The notes under the pieces: generated by a model
Databases searched by the model: none
Seen by the model: the letters and a program-made list of their open reading frames with translations, nothing else
What the model was told of the DNA's origin: nothing
Made by a program: the position numbers and the translations under genes
In this document: one piece after another, positions 20,205 through 28,466 of the stretch
Layout: each line of letters starts with the position of its first letter
Position numbering within the stretch: position 1 is the first letter of the stretch
DNA from: Nitrospirota bacterium
GTDB taxonomy: Bacteria; Nitrospirota; UBA9217
DNA: 63,015 bases
Direction: 5' to 3'
NCBI GenBank assembly: GCA_046704425.1
Contig: JBJKRX010000050.1
Coordinates: 1 to 63,015, forward strand

Positions 20205-20474
20205 GTGAAAACCGTCATATCCATATCCGAGGCCCGCAAGCGACTTCCCGGCATCATTAAGACCCTCCGGTCCTCGCCTGATACCGTATATCAGGTGACC
20301 GTACATGACGAGGTCGTGGCCGAGATCAGGGTTTCCCCTTTGGTCAAACCAGGGGCCGCTGCAGCAGGCTTATTGAAACTGCGCAAAAAAGCCGGCACGA
20401 AGCGGACTGCGAAAAAGTACCCGATCTCCGAGAACGTTAAAGACCACCTCTACGTCGTTGAGAAGAAACCGTGA
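20205..20474 (+). CDS. Type II antitoxin, Phd/YefM-like
   Basis: 89-aa ORF with GTG start and GAGGA upstream. MKTVISISEARKRLPGIIKTL ... VYQVTVHDEVVAEI is the prevent-host-death fold signature. Basic C-terminal tail. 4-nt overlap (GTGA) with the PIN gene. Confidence 0.75.
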   Translation: MKTVISISEARKRLPGIIKTLRSSPDTVYQVTVHDEVVAEIRVSPLVKPGAAAAGLLKLRKKAGTKRTAKKYPISENVKDHLYVVEKKP

Positions 20475-20893
20475 TCTTTCCCGACGGGAAGGCCTTCTGC
20501 GACACCTCGTTCTTCTTTGCCGCGCTCGTCGATGAAGACGCAAATTACGATCGTGCGGGAGATGCACTCGTTTTCTGTGAGAAGAACAAGATCACGCTCT
20601 GCACGACATGGGACGTAATCAGCGAGACCGTCACGCTGCTGAGATACCGGGCAAGCTACCGACTGGCACTGCAGTTCCTCGACATCATCAAACCCTCGCT
20701 CCTCATGGTCAGGTACGACGATTCCGTGCGTAAAGCGGCCGAAACGGTTTTTCGTAAGCTTGGCGAAGACCGACGGCTATCCTATTGCGATGCCCTGTCG
20801 TATGTGGTCGTTACCAGCATTCTGCGCGGCATCCCAAGCCTCAGCTTTGATAAGGACTTTCGCGGCCTCGGATTGACCGTGTATCCTGTGTAA
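20471..20893 (+). CDS. vapC: PIN-domain toxin (VapC-like ribonuclease)
   Basis: 140-aa ORF. Acidic quartet contexts FCDTSFF, VISETV, YCDALS, SFDKDF. Confidence 0.75.
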   Translation: MIFPDGKAFCDTSFFFAALVDEDANYDRAGDALVFCEKNKITLCTTWDVISETVTLLRYRASYRLALQFLDIIKPSLLMVRYDDSVRKAAETVFRKLGEDRRLSYCDALSYVVVTSILRGIPSLSFDKDFRGLGLTVYPV

Positions 20894-20931
20894 GCAATAT
20901 TCGCGGCGTGCCTCGCGGCAAGATCGCACCC

Positions 20932-21095
20932 CTCAAGACCGCATCTTCGGCGCCTACGCGTTGGGTGCTGGGCTGCAGATGTTGGCGCTCTTCACGGCGG
21001 AGAAGCTTGATGCAGAACAGGCACCTCGATTTGTGCGGAGGGTGGAGAAAGCGGTGAAGGGGTGGAATAATCTGTATGGACCCACCCGTGGCTGA
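20932..21095 (+). pseudogene. Repeat copy B: diverged, frame-disrupted paralog of the 19941-20105 ORF
   Basis: Reads ...IFGAYALGAGLQMLALFTAEKLDAEQAPRFVRRVEKAVKGWNNLYGPTRG*. By hand count 83 of 124 aligned nt and 22 of 41 codons match copy A. A 1-nt indel near 20942 breaks the upstream frame. The only in-frame ATG is at 20979. Confidence 0.45.
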
Positions 21096-21119
21096 CTCAA
21101 TATTTCAAGTTGCTGTTGA

Positions 21120-21677
21120 ATGACGGTGGATAAACACGTGTCCGCAACAAAACTAACTCAGAAAGAGGCCGAGGAATATATCAGATGCCTTTACCAACTC
21201 TGGGATCCCAGTGACGCAGGTAGGCTATTCCGCGACGTATTCGGCGATGAGGATAAAAGGATCGATGCACATTTGGAAACATGGGCCTTACCCGAAAGTG
21301 AAAGAATTTACTATATCTCCCATGCAAACGATCAGACTTATTTGTATGGAATAAATCCACAGTATACAGACAAGATCATTATTTCCTCTATTGGAAAAGT
21401 TGCACCATGGCGACTTCTTAATTTAGAGAGTTCTCTCACCATAGGAAGCAATTCTGTTCTCTGCTTGAGGGAGTTTATTGCAGAATTCTTAGTGCCACTG
21501 GCTAATAAAGAGCAAAATAAAGGGCATAAGAAAAAGATTGAGGCCAATCCTGATGTGAAAGGCAAAAAGTTATTCGACGCATTATGTGCCTCACATGCGA
21601 ACAGGCAGATCGATGGGATTACCTCGGTCACATGGCAAGGATTGATGTGCATTTTAAATTTAAATGAACCTCTATGA
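21120..21677 (+). CDS. Hypothetical protein, visibly AT-rich orphan ORF
   Basis: 185-aa ORF in a segment (about 21100-21780) much more AT-rich than its surroundings. No motif recognised. The antisense track ORF 21338..21652 is judged spurious. Confidence 0.55.
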   Translation: MTVDKHVSATKLTQKEAEEYIRCLYQLWDPSDAGRLFRDVFGDEDKRIDAHLETWALPESERIYYISHANDQTYLYGINPQYTDKIIISSIGKVAPWRLLNLESSLTIGSNSVLCLREFIAEFLVPLANKEQNKGHKKKIEANPDVKGKKLFDALCASHANRQIDGITSVTWQGLMCILNLNEPL

Positions 21678-21792
21678 TCGCAGGGGGTGGCAGACCAAGT
21701 ATTACGGCTCGTCAGAACGCTTCGAATGACGCTCTCATGATCTCAATACGAGGGCCTTTTCTCTTTCACCGTTGCCTCTCTGCTCCCGATCC

Positions 21793-22533
21793 CTAAATCA
21801 CCCTGCACCTGATCCCCATCTTCTCGAAGGCAACCCGTAACTTCTCTCCCTGTTCCTCGAAGAACCCTTCCCCCATGGCCCGCTGCATGCCCCGTTCTGT
21901 ATAGATCCGATCGGCATAATGGTAATTATATCGATCGATGAGTGCGTGGTCCACCTTGCCTTTGAGCATCTCCGCGAGCCCTTCGGCATGGGGCAGAAGC
22001 GGCGCGACCATCACGAAGGTGGGGATGCCCGCATCATGCAGGATCCCCAGCGCCTCGATCCGCTTGGCAATGGGAGGCGCGCCGGGTTCGAAGAGCCGCC
22101 TCACCTTCTCGTCCGCCGTCGTTACGGTGAACCCCACCTCCCCATCCTTTGCCTTCTTCAAAATATCGAGGTCCCGCAGCACAAGCGGCGACTTGGTCTG
22201 GATCGTGACCGGCCAGTCGTGCGCTACCAGGATCTCCAGGCACTGCCGGGTGAGCCGGTACCTCCGTTCCAGGGGCTGGTAGGCGTCGCAGACCCCGCTG
22301 ATCCATACCCGCGCCTTCTTCTTTTTTACGATCTCTTTTGCAAGCAGCTCCGGGGCATTGACCTTCACGTCCACGAAGGCGCCCCAGGGCTCCTTATGGC
22401 CCGTGAACCGCCGCATGAACTTGGCGTAGCAGTAGACGCAGGCGTGGCCGCAGCCCACGTAGGCGTTCACCGTATAGTCGTAGATCTTGGACTTCGAGAG
22501 GATGGCGCGGGCCTGTATCTCCTTGACGATCAT
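21793..22533 (-). CDS. Radical SAM protein, SPL/MJ0683-like (COG1533 'DNA repair photolyase' family)
   Basis: Track ORF 21793..22674(-). MIVKEIQARAILSKSKIYDYTVNAYVGCGHACVYCYA carries the CxxxCxxC cluster in the context typical of this family. Start taken at ATG 22533. Confidence 0.75.
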   Translation of the reverse strand: MIVKEIQARAILSKSKIYDYTVNAYVGCGHACVYCYAKFMRRFTGHKEPWGAFVDVKVNAPELLAKEIVKKKKARVWISGVCDAYQPLERRYRLTRQCLEILVAHDWPVTIQTKSPLVLRDLDILKKAKDGEVGFTVTTADEKVRRLFEPGAPPIAKRIEALGILHDAGIPTFVMVAPLLPHAEGLAEMLKGKVDHALIDRYNYHYADRIYTERGMQRAMGEGFFEEQGEKLRVAFEKMGIRCRVI

Positions 22534-22624
22534 GGCACAGTATACCGCGTCAGGAGGGCGATTACTGTAATTTCCGTCTCGCAAGCGAAATCCAACGGAC
22601 CACGCGCGAAACCATCCCCCCGGC

Positions 22625-22677
22625 GTGATTGCAAATAAGACTTTTCTTATTTTCAATTTTGTGATAAATTGCAAATA
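22625..22677. promoter_or_regulatory. Direct repeat GTGAT..ATTGCAAATA x2 in the radical SAM / Fic divergent intergenic region
   Basis: ATTGCAAATA at 22628-22637 and 22668-22677 (40-bp spacing). Each is preceded by GTGAT. The AT-rich context includes TATAAA. Confidence 0.4.
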
Positions 22678-22706
22678 TAAATTAGCCTGTTTTCAGGTTG
22701 CCGACC

Positions 22707-23837
22707 ATGCAAAACACTTTTAAATCAGGAAGTTACAAGCAACAATACCAGTATCAGAGCTTCAGCCCTTCGTATATCAACCAGCCGCTCGCATGGCGCG
22801 ATCCGAAAATCAACGTCATGCTGGAAGAGGCGGTCCGGTTTATCGGCGAGCTCAACGCCTACTCCCTGCTCGTGCCGGACGTGGATTTCTTCATTCAAAT
22901 GCACGTCGCGAAAGAGGCCACGACGTCAAGCCGAATCGAGGGGACCCAGACCGGACTCGATGAAGCCATATTACCGAAGGAGGAAATCGATCCGGAGCGG
23001 CGCGATGATTGGCGCGAGGTTCAGAATTACATTAAGGCCATGAATCATGCCATTGCGGAGCTCAAGACCCTGCCGCTGTCCATGCGGCTCTTGAAGAATG
23101 CCCATAAGGCCCTGCTTACGGGCGTACGGGGCGGCTACAAATTCCCGGGCGAGATCAGGACAAGCCAGAACTGGATCGGCGGGTCGAACCTGAGTAACGC
23201 CTTCTTCGTACCGCCGCATCCCGACGAACTGCCGGCGCTCTTAACGGACCTGGAGAAATTCTGGCACAACAATGACCTCGACATGCCGTTTCTCATCAAG
23301 GTTGCGGTCAGTCATTACCAATTCGAGACTATCCATCCGTTTCTCGACGGCAACGGGAGGATCGGCAGGCTTCTGATCACCCTGCATCTGGTTGAACGAA
23401 GCATCCTGAAGAAACCCACGTTGTATCTCTCGGCATTCTTTGAAAAGCACAAGGGTTCGTATTACGACTCCCTCACGCTTGTTCGCGCATCGAACGATAT
23501 CGAGCAATGGATAAAGTTTTTCTTAACGGGCGTGATCGATACGGCGCGGAGCGGCATCGAGACGTTCGAACGCATTATCGCGCTTCGCCAGAAGTTCGAG
23601 AAGAAGATCATGACCCTCGGCAGCCGCGCTGCAACGGGGCAACGCCTTCTGCTTGCGCTTTTTTCGAAGCCGATCATGAACGCGCACCGGATCGCCAAGG
23701 AGCTGGACATCTCCTTTGCCACCAGCACGCGGATCATAAAGGACTTCCAGCGAATGGGGATCTTGAAAGAGATAACGGGATTCTCTCGCAACCGATCCTT
23801 TGCCTTGGCGGAATATCTTGCGCTGTTCATGAAGTAG
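22707..23837 (+). CDS. Fic family protein (class II, N-terminal inhibitory helix; C-terminal wHTH-like domain)
   Basis: Track ORF 22698..23837(+). Fic motif [13 protein letters not shown]-terminal TSSRIEGT matches (S/T)xxxE(G/N). ATG at 22707. Confidence 0.85.
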   Translation: MQNTFKSGSYKQQYQYQSFSPSYINQPLAWRDPKINVMLEEAVRFIGELNAYSLLVPDVDFFIQMHVAKEATTSSRIEGTQTGLDEAILPKEEIDPERRDDWREVQNYIKAMNHAIAELKTLPLSMRLLKNAHKALLTGVRGGYKFPGEIRTSQNWIGGSNLSNAFFVPPHPDELPALLTDLEKFWHNNDLDMPFLIKVAVSHYQFETIHPFLDGNGRIGRLLITLHLVERSILKKPTLYLSAFFEKHKGSYYDSLTLVRASNDIEQWIKFFLTGVIDTARSGIETFERIIALRQKFEKKIMTLGSRAATGQRLLLALFSKPIMNAHRIAKELDISFATSTRIIKDFQRMGILKEITGFSRNRSFALAEYLALFMK

Positions 23838-23885
23838 GCCGAGGATCACCGGGAATCCCGCGGCATTCACCGCTTGCAGGTCATG

Positions 23886-23918
23886 GGCCGGGAACAATGC
23901 GTTCCGGCCTTTTCTTTT
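23886..23918 (+). terminator. Rho-independent terminator after the Fic gene
   Basis: GGCCGGGAAC / GTTCCGGCC stem (one bulged G), loop AATGC, followed by TTTTCTTTT. Confidence 0.7.
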
Positions 23919-23988
23919 GTATCAATCTCTTTGCCTGCCGTTCCGCATCGCTTCCCTTCCCGGGGTATATTTTAATAAGGAGCGGAAC

Positions 23989-26955
23989 ATGCAACTGCGG
24001 AAAACACACCCGGTCGATGCGCACGAGCCACTTACGCACCAAGAGCCGCGGATCCGGGATATCGCGAAGTCCCTGTACACGTTCTTGCGGGACGCCAAGC
24101 CTTCCTTCTTCGCCGTTGCCGGATGGAAGAAGTCCGTAACCGACCTGGCGCTGAAGGACGAACGCTTTCGGGGCCTGCTCCTCCGCTTCATCGACGTCTT
24201 GCCGTCCCTCGCGGACAATACGCTCGCGGTCCGGATATTCCGCGAGTATCTTCGGGACGCCGCGGACCGGCCGTCGCTCCTCATCCGGAGCGCCGAGGTG
24301 TTCTCCCGCACGGTCCCCGCGTCGATCGCCGCGCCGCTCATCCGTGCCTCGGTCAAGACGCTCGGCCGCCAGTTCATCATCGGCGCGAATCCCGAGAATG
24401 CGCTGCCGGTGATCGAGGAGCTGCGGCTGAAGGGCGCCTTCGTCAGCCTCGACCTTCTGGGCGAGGCCGTGGTCTCGGAGGCCGAGGCGGAAGAGTATGC
24501 CGCACGCTACCTGGACCTGTTCGACTTCTTCGTCAGCCGGATCGCGAAGGAGCCGGACGCGGATCGGGCGGCGGAGTCGCTCGACATCTCCCTCAAGCTT
24601 TCGTCGTTCTCCTCCCAGACCGATCCCCTCGATTTCGAAGGCTCCCGGGACCGCATCCTCGCCCGGCTCCGGCCGGTCCTGGAAAAGGCGCGGCAGCAGT
24701 CGCTCTCGCTCACCTTCGACATGGAACAGTATCATCACAAGGACCTGGTGATCGCGGCCTACAAGCAGGTGCTTTCGGAATACCGCGGTCGCGTGCGGGC
24801 AAGCATCGCGCTCCAGGCCTATCTCAAGGACACGCGGGACGATCTCCTCGACCTTATTCGCTGGGCGCGCGCCGGCGGACACCGCATCGGGATCCGGCTC
24901 GTCAAGGGCGCATACTGGGACTACGAGGTCGTGCAGAGCCGCCTGAATGGATGGCCGGAGCCGGTCTTCCTGTCCAAGGACGAAACGGACGCGAACTACG
25001 AGGACCTGACGCGGGTCCTGCTCGAGAACGCGGACGTGGTGAGGCCCGCGATCGCCACGCACAACCTCCGGAGCCTTGCGAACGCCCTGGCCCTGGCCGA
25101 GGGCCTGGGACTCGGGCCTGCGGACCTGGAGTTCCAGTTCCTCTACGGCATGGGGGGGCCGCTCATGACCGCGTTGCAGCATGCCGGCTTTGCCAATCCC
25201 GTACGGGTCTACTGCCCCATCGGCGAGCTGCTTCCCGGGATGGCCTACCTCGTCAGACGCGTCCTCGAAAACACGGCGAACGAATCCTTCTTCCGCAAGA
25301 CCTTCGGCGAAGGGCTCTCGCTAAACGACCTCCTCCGGAGGCCCGAACCGCACGCGGAACAGCCCGTCGTTCGCGCGGATGCCTTTCGGAACGAGCCGCT
25401 GATCGACTTCTCGAAGCAGGAGAACCGCGACGCCCTGCGGGCGGCCCTGCTGCGGGTGCGTCGATCCCTCGGGAAACGCTATCCCCTTGTGCTGAACGGG
25501 AGGGAGATCGTGACCGCGCAGGAAGCGCCTTCCACGAACCCTGCACGGCCCGACGAGGTGATCGGACGGGTCTCCCGGGCCACGCGGGAACATGCGGACC
25601 GGGCGATCGAAGCGGCACGGAAGGCGTTCCCTGCCTGGCGCGCTGTTTCCCCGGAGATGCGTGCCGAGTATCTTCTCCGCGCTGCCGTGGAGCTGCGCAA
25701 GCGGCACTACGATCTGATCGCCCTGGAGGTCTACGAGGTCGGCAAGACCGTTCGGGAGGCCGACGGCGACGTGACCGAGGCGATCGACCACCTGGAATAC
25801 CATGCGCGCAGGATGCTGGAACTCGCCGGTCCGCGGCGGCTCGGCGGGTTTGCGGGAGAGATCAACGAGTACTCCTACGAACCGCGGGGCGTCGGCGTCG
25901 TGATCGCGCCCTGGAACTTCCCGCTCGCCATCCCTGCCGGCATGACCTCGGCGGCCCTCGTCGCGGGCAACTGCGTGATCTTGAAGCCTTCCGGGCTTTC
26001 TCCGGTGGTGGCGTGGGAGCTTTCTCAAGCCTTCCGCGCCGCGGGGCTTCCGGACGGCGTGCTCCAGTATCTCCCGGGACCGGGCGGTGAGATCGGCGAG
26101 TATCTCGTGGCGCACCCCGGCGTGGACCTGATCGCCTTCACCGGCTCGAAGGACGTGGGGCTCCGGATCAACGAACGCGCGGCCGCGACCCGGCAAGGAC
26201 AGCGGAACGTGAAACGCGTGGTTGCGGAGATGGGAGGAAAGAACGCGGTGATCGTGGACGACACCGCGGACCTCGATGAGGCCGTGCGCGGCGTGCTGGC
26301 GTCCGCCTTCGGATACCAGGGCCAGAAGTGCTCGGCCTGCTCGCGCGTGATCGTGCTGGACCAGGTGTTCGGGACTTTTTCGCGCAGGCTGGTCGAGGCC
26401 GCGAAGAGCATCGGTGTCGGTCCGCCCGAGGAGTCCCGCACCTTTCTCGGTCCCCTGATCGATGGGGCAGCAGTCGAGAAGGTCAAGCGCTTTATCGAGA
26501 TCGGGAAGGCCGAGGCAGAGCCGCTCCTGATCCGCGAGGAAGACCGGGAAGGTCCCTTTGTCGGTCCCGCCGTATTCCTGGCCCCGCGGGACGCCGTGAT
26601 CGCGCGCAAGGAGATCTTCGGCCCCGTGCTCGCACTCATCCGGGCGAAGGACATCGCCGAGGCCGTCGCGATCGCGAACGCGAGCGAGTACGCCCTGACC
26701 GGCGGTCTCTATTCCCGGAGCCCCGCGAACATCGCGCTGGCGAAACGGGAGTTCCAGGTCGGGGACCTCTATATCAACCGGAAGATCACGGGCGCGGTCG
26801 TGGGGCGCCAGCCCTTCGGCGGGACCGGCATGTCCGGCCTCGGGTCACAGGCAGGCGGACCGGACTACCTGCTGCAGTTTCTCACGCCCCGTACCATAAG
26901 CGAGAACACGATGCGCAAGGGCTCGGCGCTGTTCGAGGGCACCGGCCGGCAGTAA
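23989..26955 (+). CDS. putA: Bifunctional proline dehydrogenase / L-glutamate gamma-semialdehyde dehydrogenase
   Basis: Track ORF 23917..26955(+). PRODH barrel half (SLDLLGE, ALQAYL, IRLVKGAYWD), then ALDH half (FPLAIPAG, EMGGKN, GQKCSA). AGGAG upstream of ATG 23989. No N-terminal RHH domain. Confidence 0.88.
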   Translation: MQLRKTHPVDAHEPLTHQEPRIRDIAKSLYTFLRDAKPSFFAVAGWKKSVTDLALKDERFRGLLLRFIDVLPSLADNTLAVRIFREYLRDAADRPSLLIRSAEVFSRTVPASIAAPLIRASVKTLGRQFIIGANPENALPVIEELRLKGAFVSLDLLGEAVVSEAEAEEYAARYLDLFDFFVSRIAKEPDADRAAESLDISLKLSSFSSQTDPLDFEGSRDRILARLRPVLEKARQQSLSLTFDMEQYHHKDLVIAAYKQVLSEYRGRVRASIALQAYLKDTRDDLLDLIRWARAGGHRIGIRLVKGAYWDYEVVQSRLNGWPEPVFLSKDETDANYEDLTRVLLENADVVRPAIATHNLRSLANALALAEGLGLGPADLEFQFLYGMGGPLMTALQHAGFANPVRVYCPIGELLPGMAYLVRRVLENTANESFFRKTFGEGLSLNDLLRRPEPHAEQPVVRADAFRNEPLIDFSKQENRDALRAALLRVRRSLGKRYPLVLNGREIVTAQEAPSTNPARPDEVIGRVSRATREHADRAIEAARKAFPAWRAVSPEMRAEYLLRAAVELRKRHYDLIALEVYEVGKTVREADGDVTEAIDHLEYHARRMLELAGPRRLGGFAGEINEYSYEPRGVGVVIAPWNFPLAIPAGMTSAALVAGNCVILKPSGLSPVVAWELSQAFRAAGLPDGVLQYLPGPGGEIGEYLVAHPGVDLIAFTGSKDVGLRINERAAATRQGQRNVKRVVAEMGGKNAVIVDDTADLDEAVRGVLASAFGYQGQKCSACSRVIVLDQVFGTFSRRLVEAAKSIGVGPPEESRTFLGPLIDGAAVEKVKRFIEIGKAEAEPLLIREEDREGPFVGPAVFLAPRDAVIARKEIFGPVLALIRAKDIAEAVAIANASEYALTGGLYSRSPANIALAKREFQVGDLYINRKITGAVVGRQPFGGTGMSGLGSQAGGPDYLLQFLTPRTISENTMRKGSALFEGTGRQ

Positions 26956-26961
26956 TAAAAA

Positions 26962-26989
26962 AAGAGGCGGGAGCATGCTCCCGCCTCTT
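26962..26989. terminator. Bidirectional hairpin terminator between putA and trpB2
   Basis: AAGAGGCGGGAGC / GCTCCCGCCTCTT palindrome. An A7 run on the left gives a U-tract for the minus-strand trpB2 transcript. Confidence 0.7.
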
Positions 26990-27019
26990 GCGTGTGCGCA
27001 ACGTCCGGCGTGCTCTTGA

Positions 27020-28372
27020 TCAGAGCGTGGGCAGTTTGGCGAGCGCCTCTTTGATCTTTTCTGCGGGATACTCGTAGTCCTGCAGCTTGCCGTCGTGAAA
27101 GTCGGCGTAGGCCTGCAGGTCCAGATAGCCGTGGCCGCTCAGGTTGAAGAGGATGGTCTTCTGCTTGCCTTCTTCCTTTGCCAGGAGCGCCTCGTCCACG
27201 GCAGCGCGGATCGCATGGGCGCTCTCGGGCGCCGGGATGATCCCCTCGGTCCCGGCGAACTGCACCGCCGCCTCGAACACCGGCACCTGGGTATAGGCCC
27301 GGGCCTCGATCAGCTTGTCGTGGTAGAGCTGCGAGATGAGCGGCGAGTCTCCGTGGTACCGAAGCCCGCCCGCGTGGATCCCCGGCGGCATGAAGTCGTG
27401 CCCCAGCGTATACATGGTGAGGAAGGGCGTGAGGCCGGCCACGTCGCCGAAGTCGTACCGGAACTCGCCCTTGGTGAGCGTGGGGCAGGAGGCGGGCTCC
27501 ACCGCGATCACGCGCAGGTCCTTGCCGCCGATCTTGTCGTGCAGGAAAGGGAAGCTCACGCCCGCCAGGTTGCTCCCGCCGCCGCAGCATCCGATCACGA
27601 TGTCCGGATAGTCGCCCGCGATCTCCATCTGCTTCTTGGCCTCCTGCCCGATCACGGTCTGGTGCAGACAGACGTGGTTCAGGACCGAGCCCAGGGCGTA
27701 GTTCGTATCGTTGTGCGTTGCCGCGTCCTCCACGGCCTCGGAGATGGCGATCCCGAGGCTGCCCGGGCTGTCCGGGTCCATCTCCAGGATCTTCTTGCCC
27801 GAGTTCGTCACGGTCGAGGGGCTGGCGTGCACGGTGGCGCCCCAGGTCTCCATGGCGATCCGGCGGTAGGGCTTCTGACTGAAGCTCACCTTCACCATGT
27901 AGACCGTCACGTCGAGCCCGAAGAGCTTGCCCGCGAGCGCCATGGACGATCCCCACTGGCCCGCGCCCGTCTCGGTCGCGATGCGCTTGATCCCGGCCTT
28001 CTTGTTGTAGAAGGCCTGGGGGATGGAGGTGTTCGGCTTGTGGCTGCCGGCCGGGCTCACGCCCTCGTACTTATAGTAGATCTTGGCAGGCGTGCCGAGC
28101 GCTTTTTCGAGCTGGTGGGCCCGGTAGAGCGGCGACGGCCTCCAGAGCGTATAGATATCGAGCACCTCTTCGGGGATGGGAATCCAGCGCTCCTGGCTCA
28201 CCTCCTGCTCGATCAGGGCCATGGGAAAGATCGGCGCCAGGTCCTGCGGACCCACGGGCTGCTTCGTGGCCGGGTGGAGCGGCGGCTTGGGTAAATTGGG
28301 CATGTCCGCCATGATGTTGTACCACTTGGTCGGGATCTCCTTGTCGGAAAGAACGATCTTGGTCTGTCGCAT
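27020..28372 (-). CDS. TrpB-like PLP enzyme (tryptophan synthase beta chain type 2, TrpB2)
   Basis: 450-aa ORF. The long N-terminus [23 protein letters not shown] lysine context PAGSHKPN and GCCGGGSN are typical of the TrpB2 clade. No trpA is adjacent. Confidence 0.8.
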   Translation of the reverse strand: MRQTKIVLSDKEIPTKWYNIMADMPNLPKPPLHPATKQPVGPQDLAPIFPMALIEQEVSQERWIPIPEEVLDIYTLWRPSPLYRAHQLEKALGTPAKIYYKYEGVSPAGSHKPNTSIPQAFYNKKAGIKRIATETGAGQWGSSMALAGKLFGLDVTVYMVKVSFSQKPYRRIAMETWGATVHASPSTVTNSGKKILEMDPDSPGSLGIAISEAVEDAATHNDTNYALGSVLNHVCLHQTVIGQEAKKQMEIAGDYPDIVIGCCGGGSNLAGVSFPFLHDKIGGKDLRVIAVEPASCPTLTKGEFRYDFGDVAGLTPFLTMYTLGHDFMPPGIHAGGLRYHGDSPLISQLYHDKLIEARAYTQVPVFEAAVQFAGTEGIIPAPESAHAIRAAVDEALLAKEEGKQKTILFNLSGHGYLDLQAYADFHDGKLQDYEYPAEKIKEALAKLPTL

Positions 28373-28466
28373 GCTGCCTCCTTCGGATACGGAGAGATGA
28401 ATGGTTCGATGCCGGAGCCCTTATTCTAAACTCTTTCCCGCTCGGGCACAATGAATTTTCTGCACC

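Noticed and set aside
20894-21119. Integron attC-like or IS/MITE terminal repeats at the cassette boundaries
   Set aside because: I found no RYYYAAC/GTTRRRY core pair with an imperfect palindrome, no terminal inverted repeats, and no intI or transposase. The flanking repeats behave like diverged coding sequence instead.
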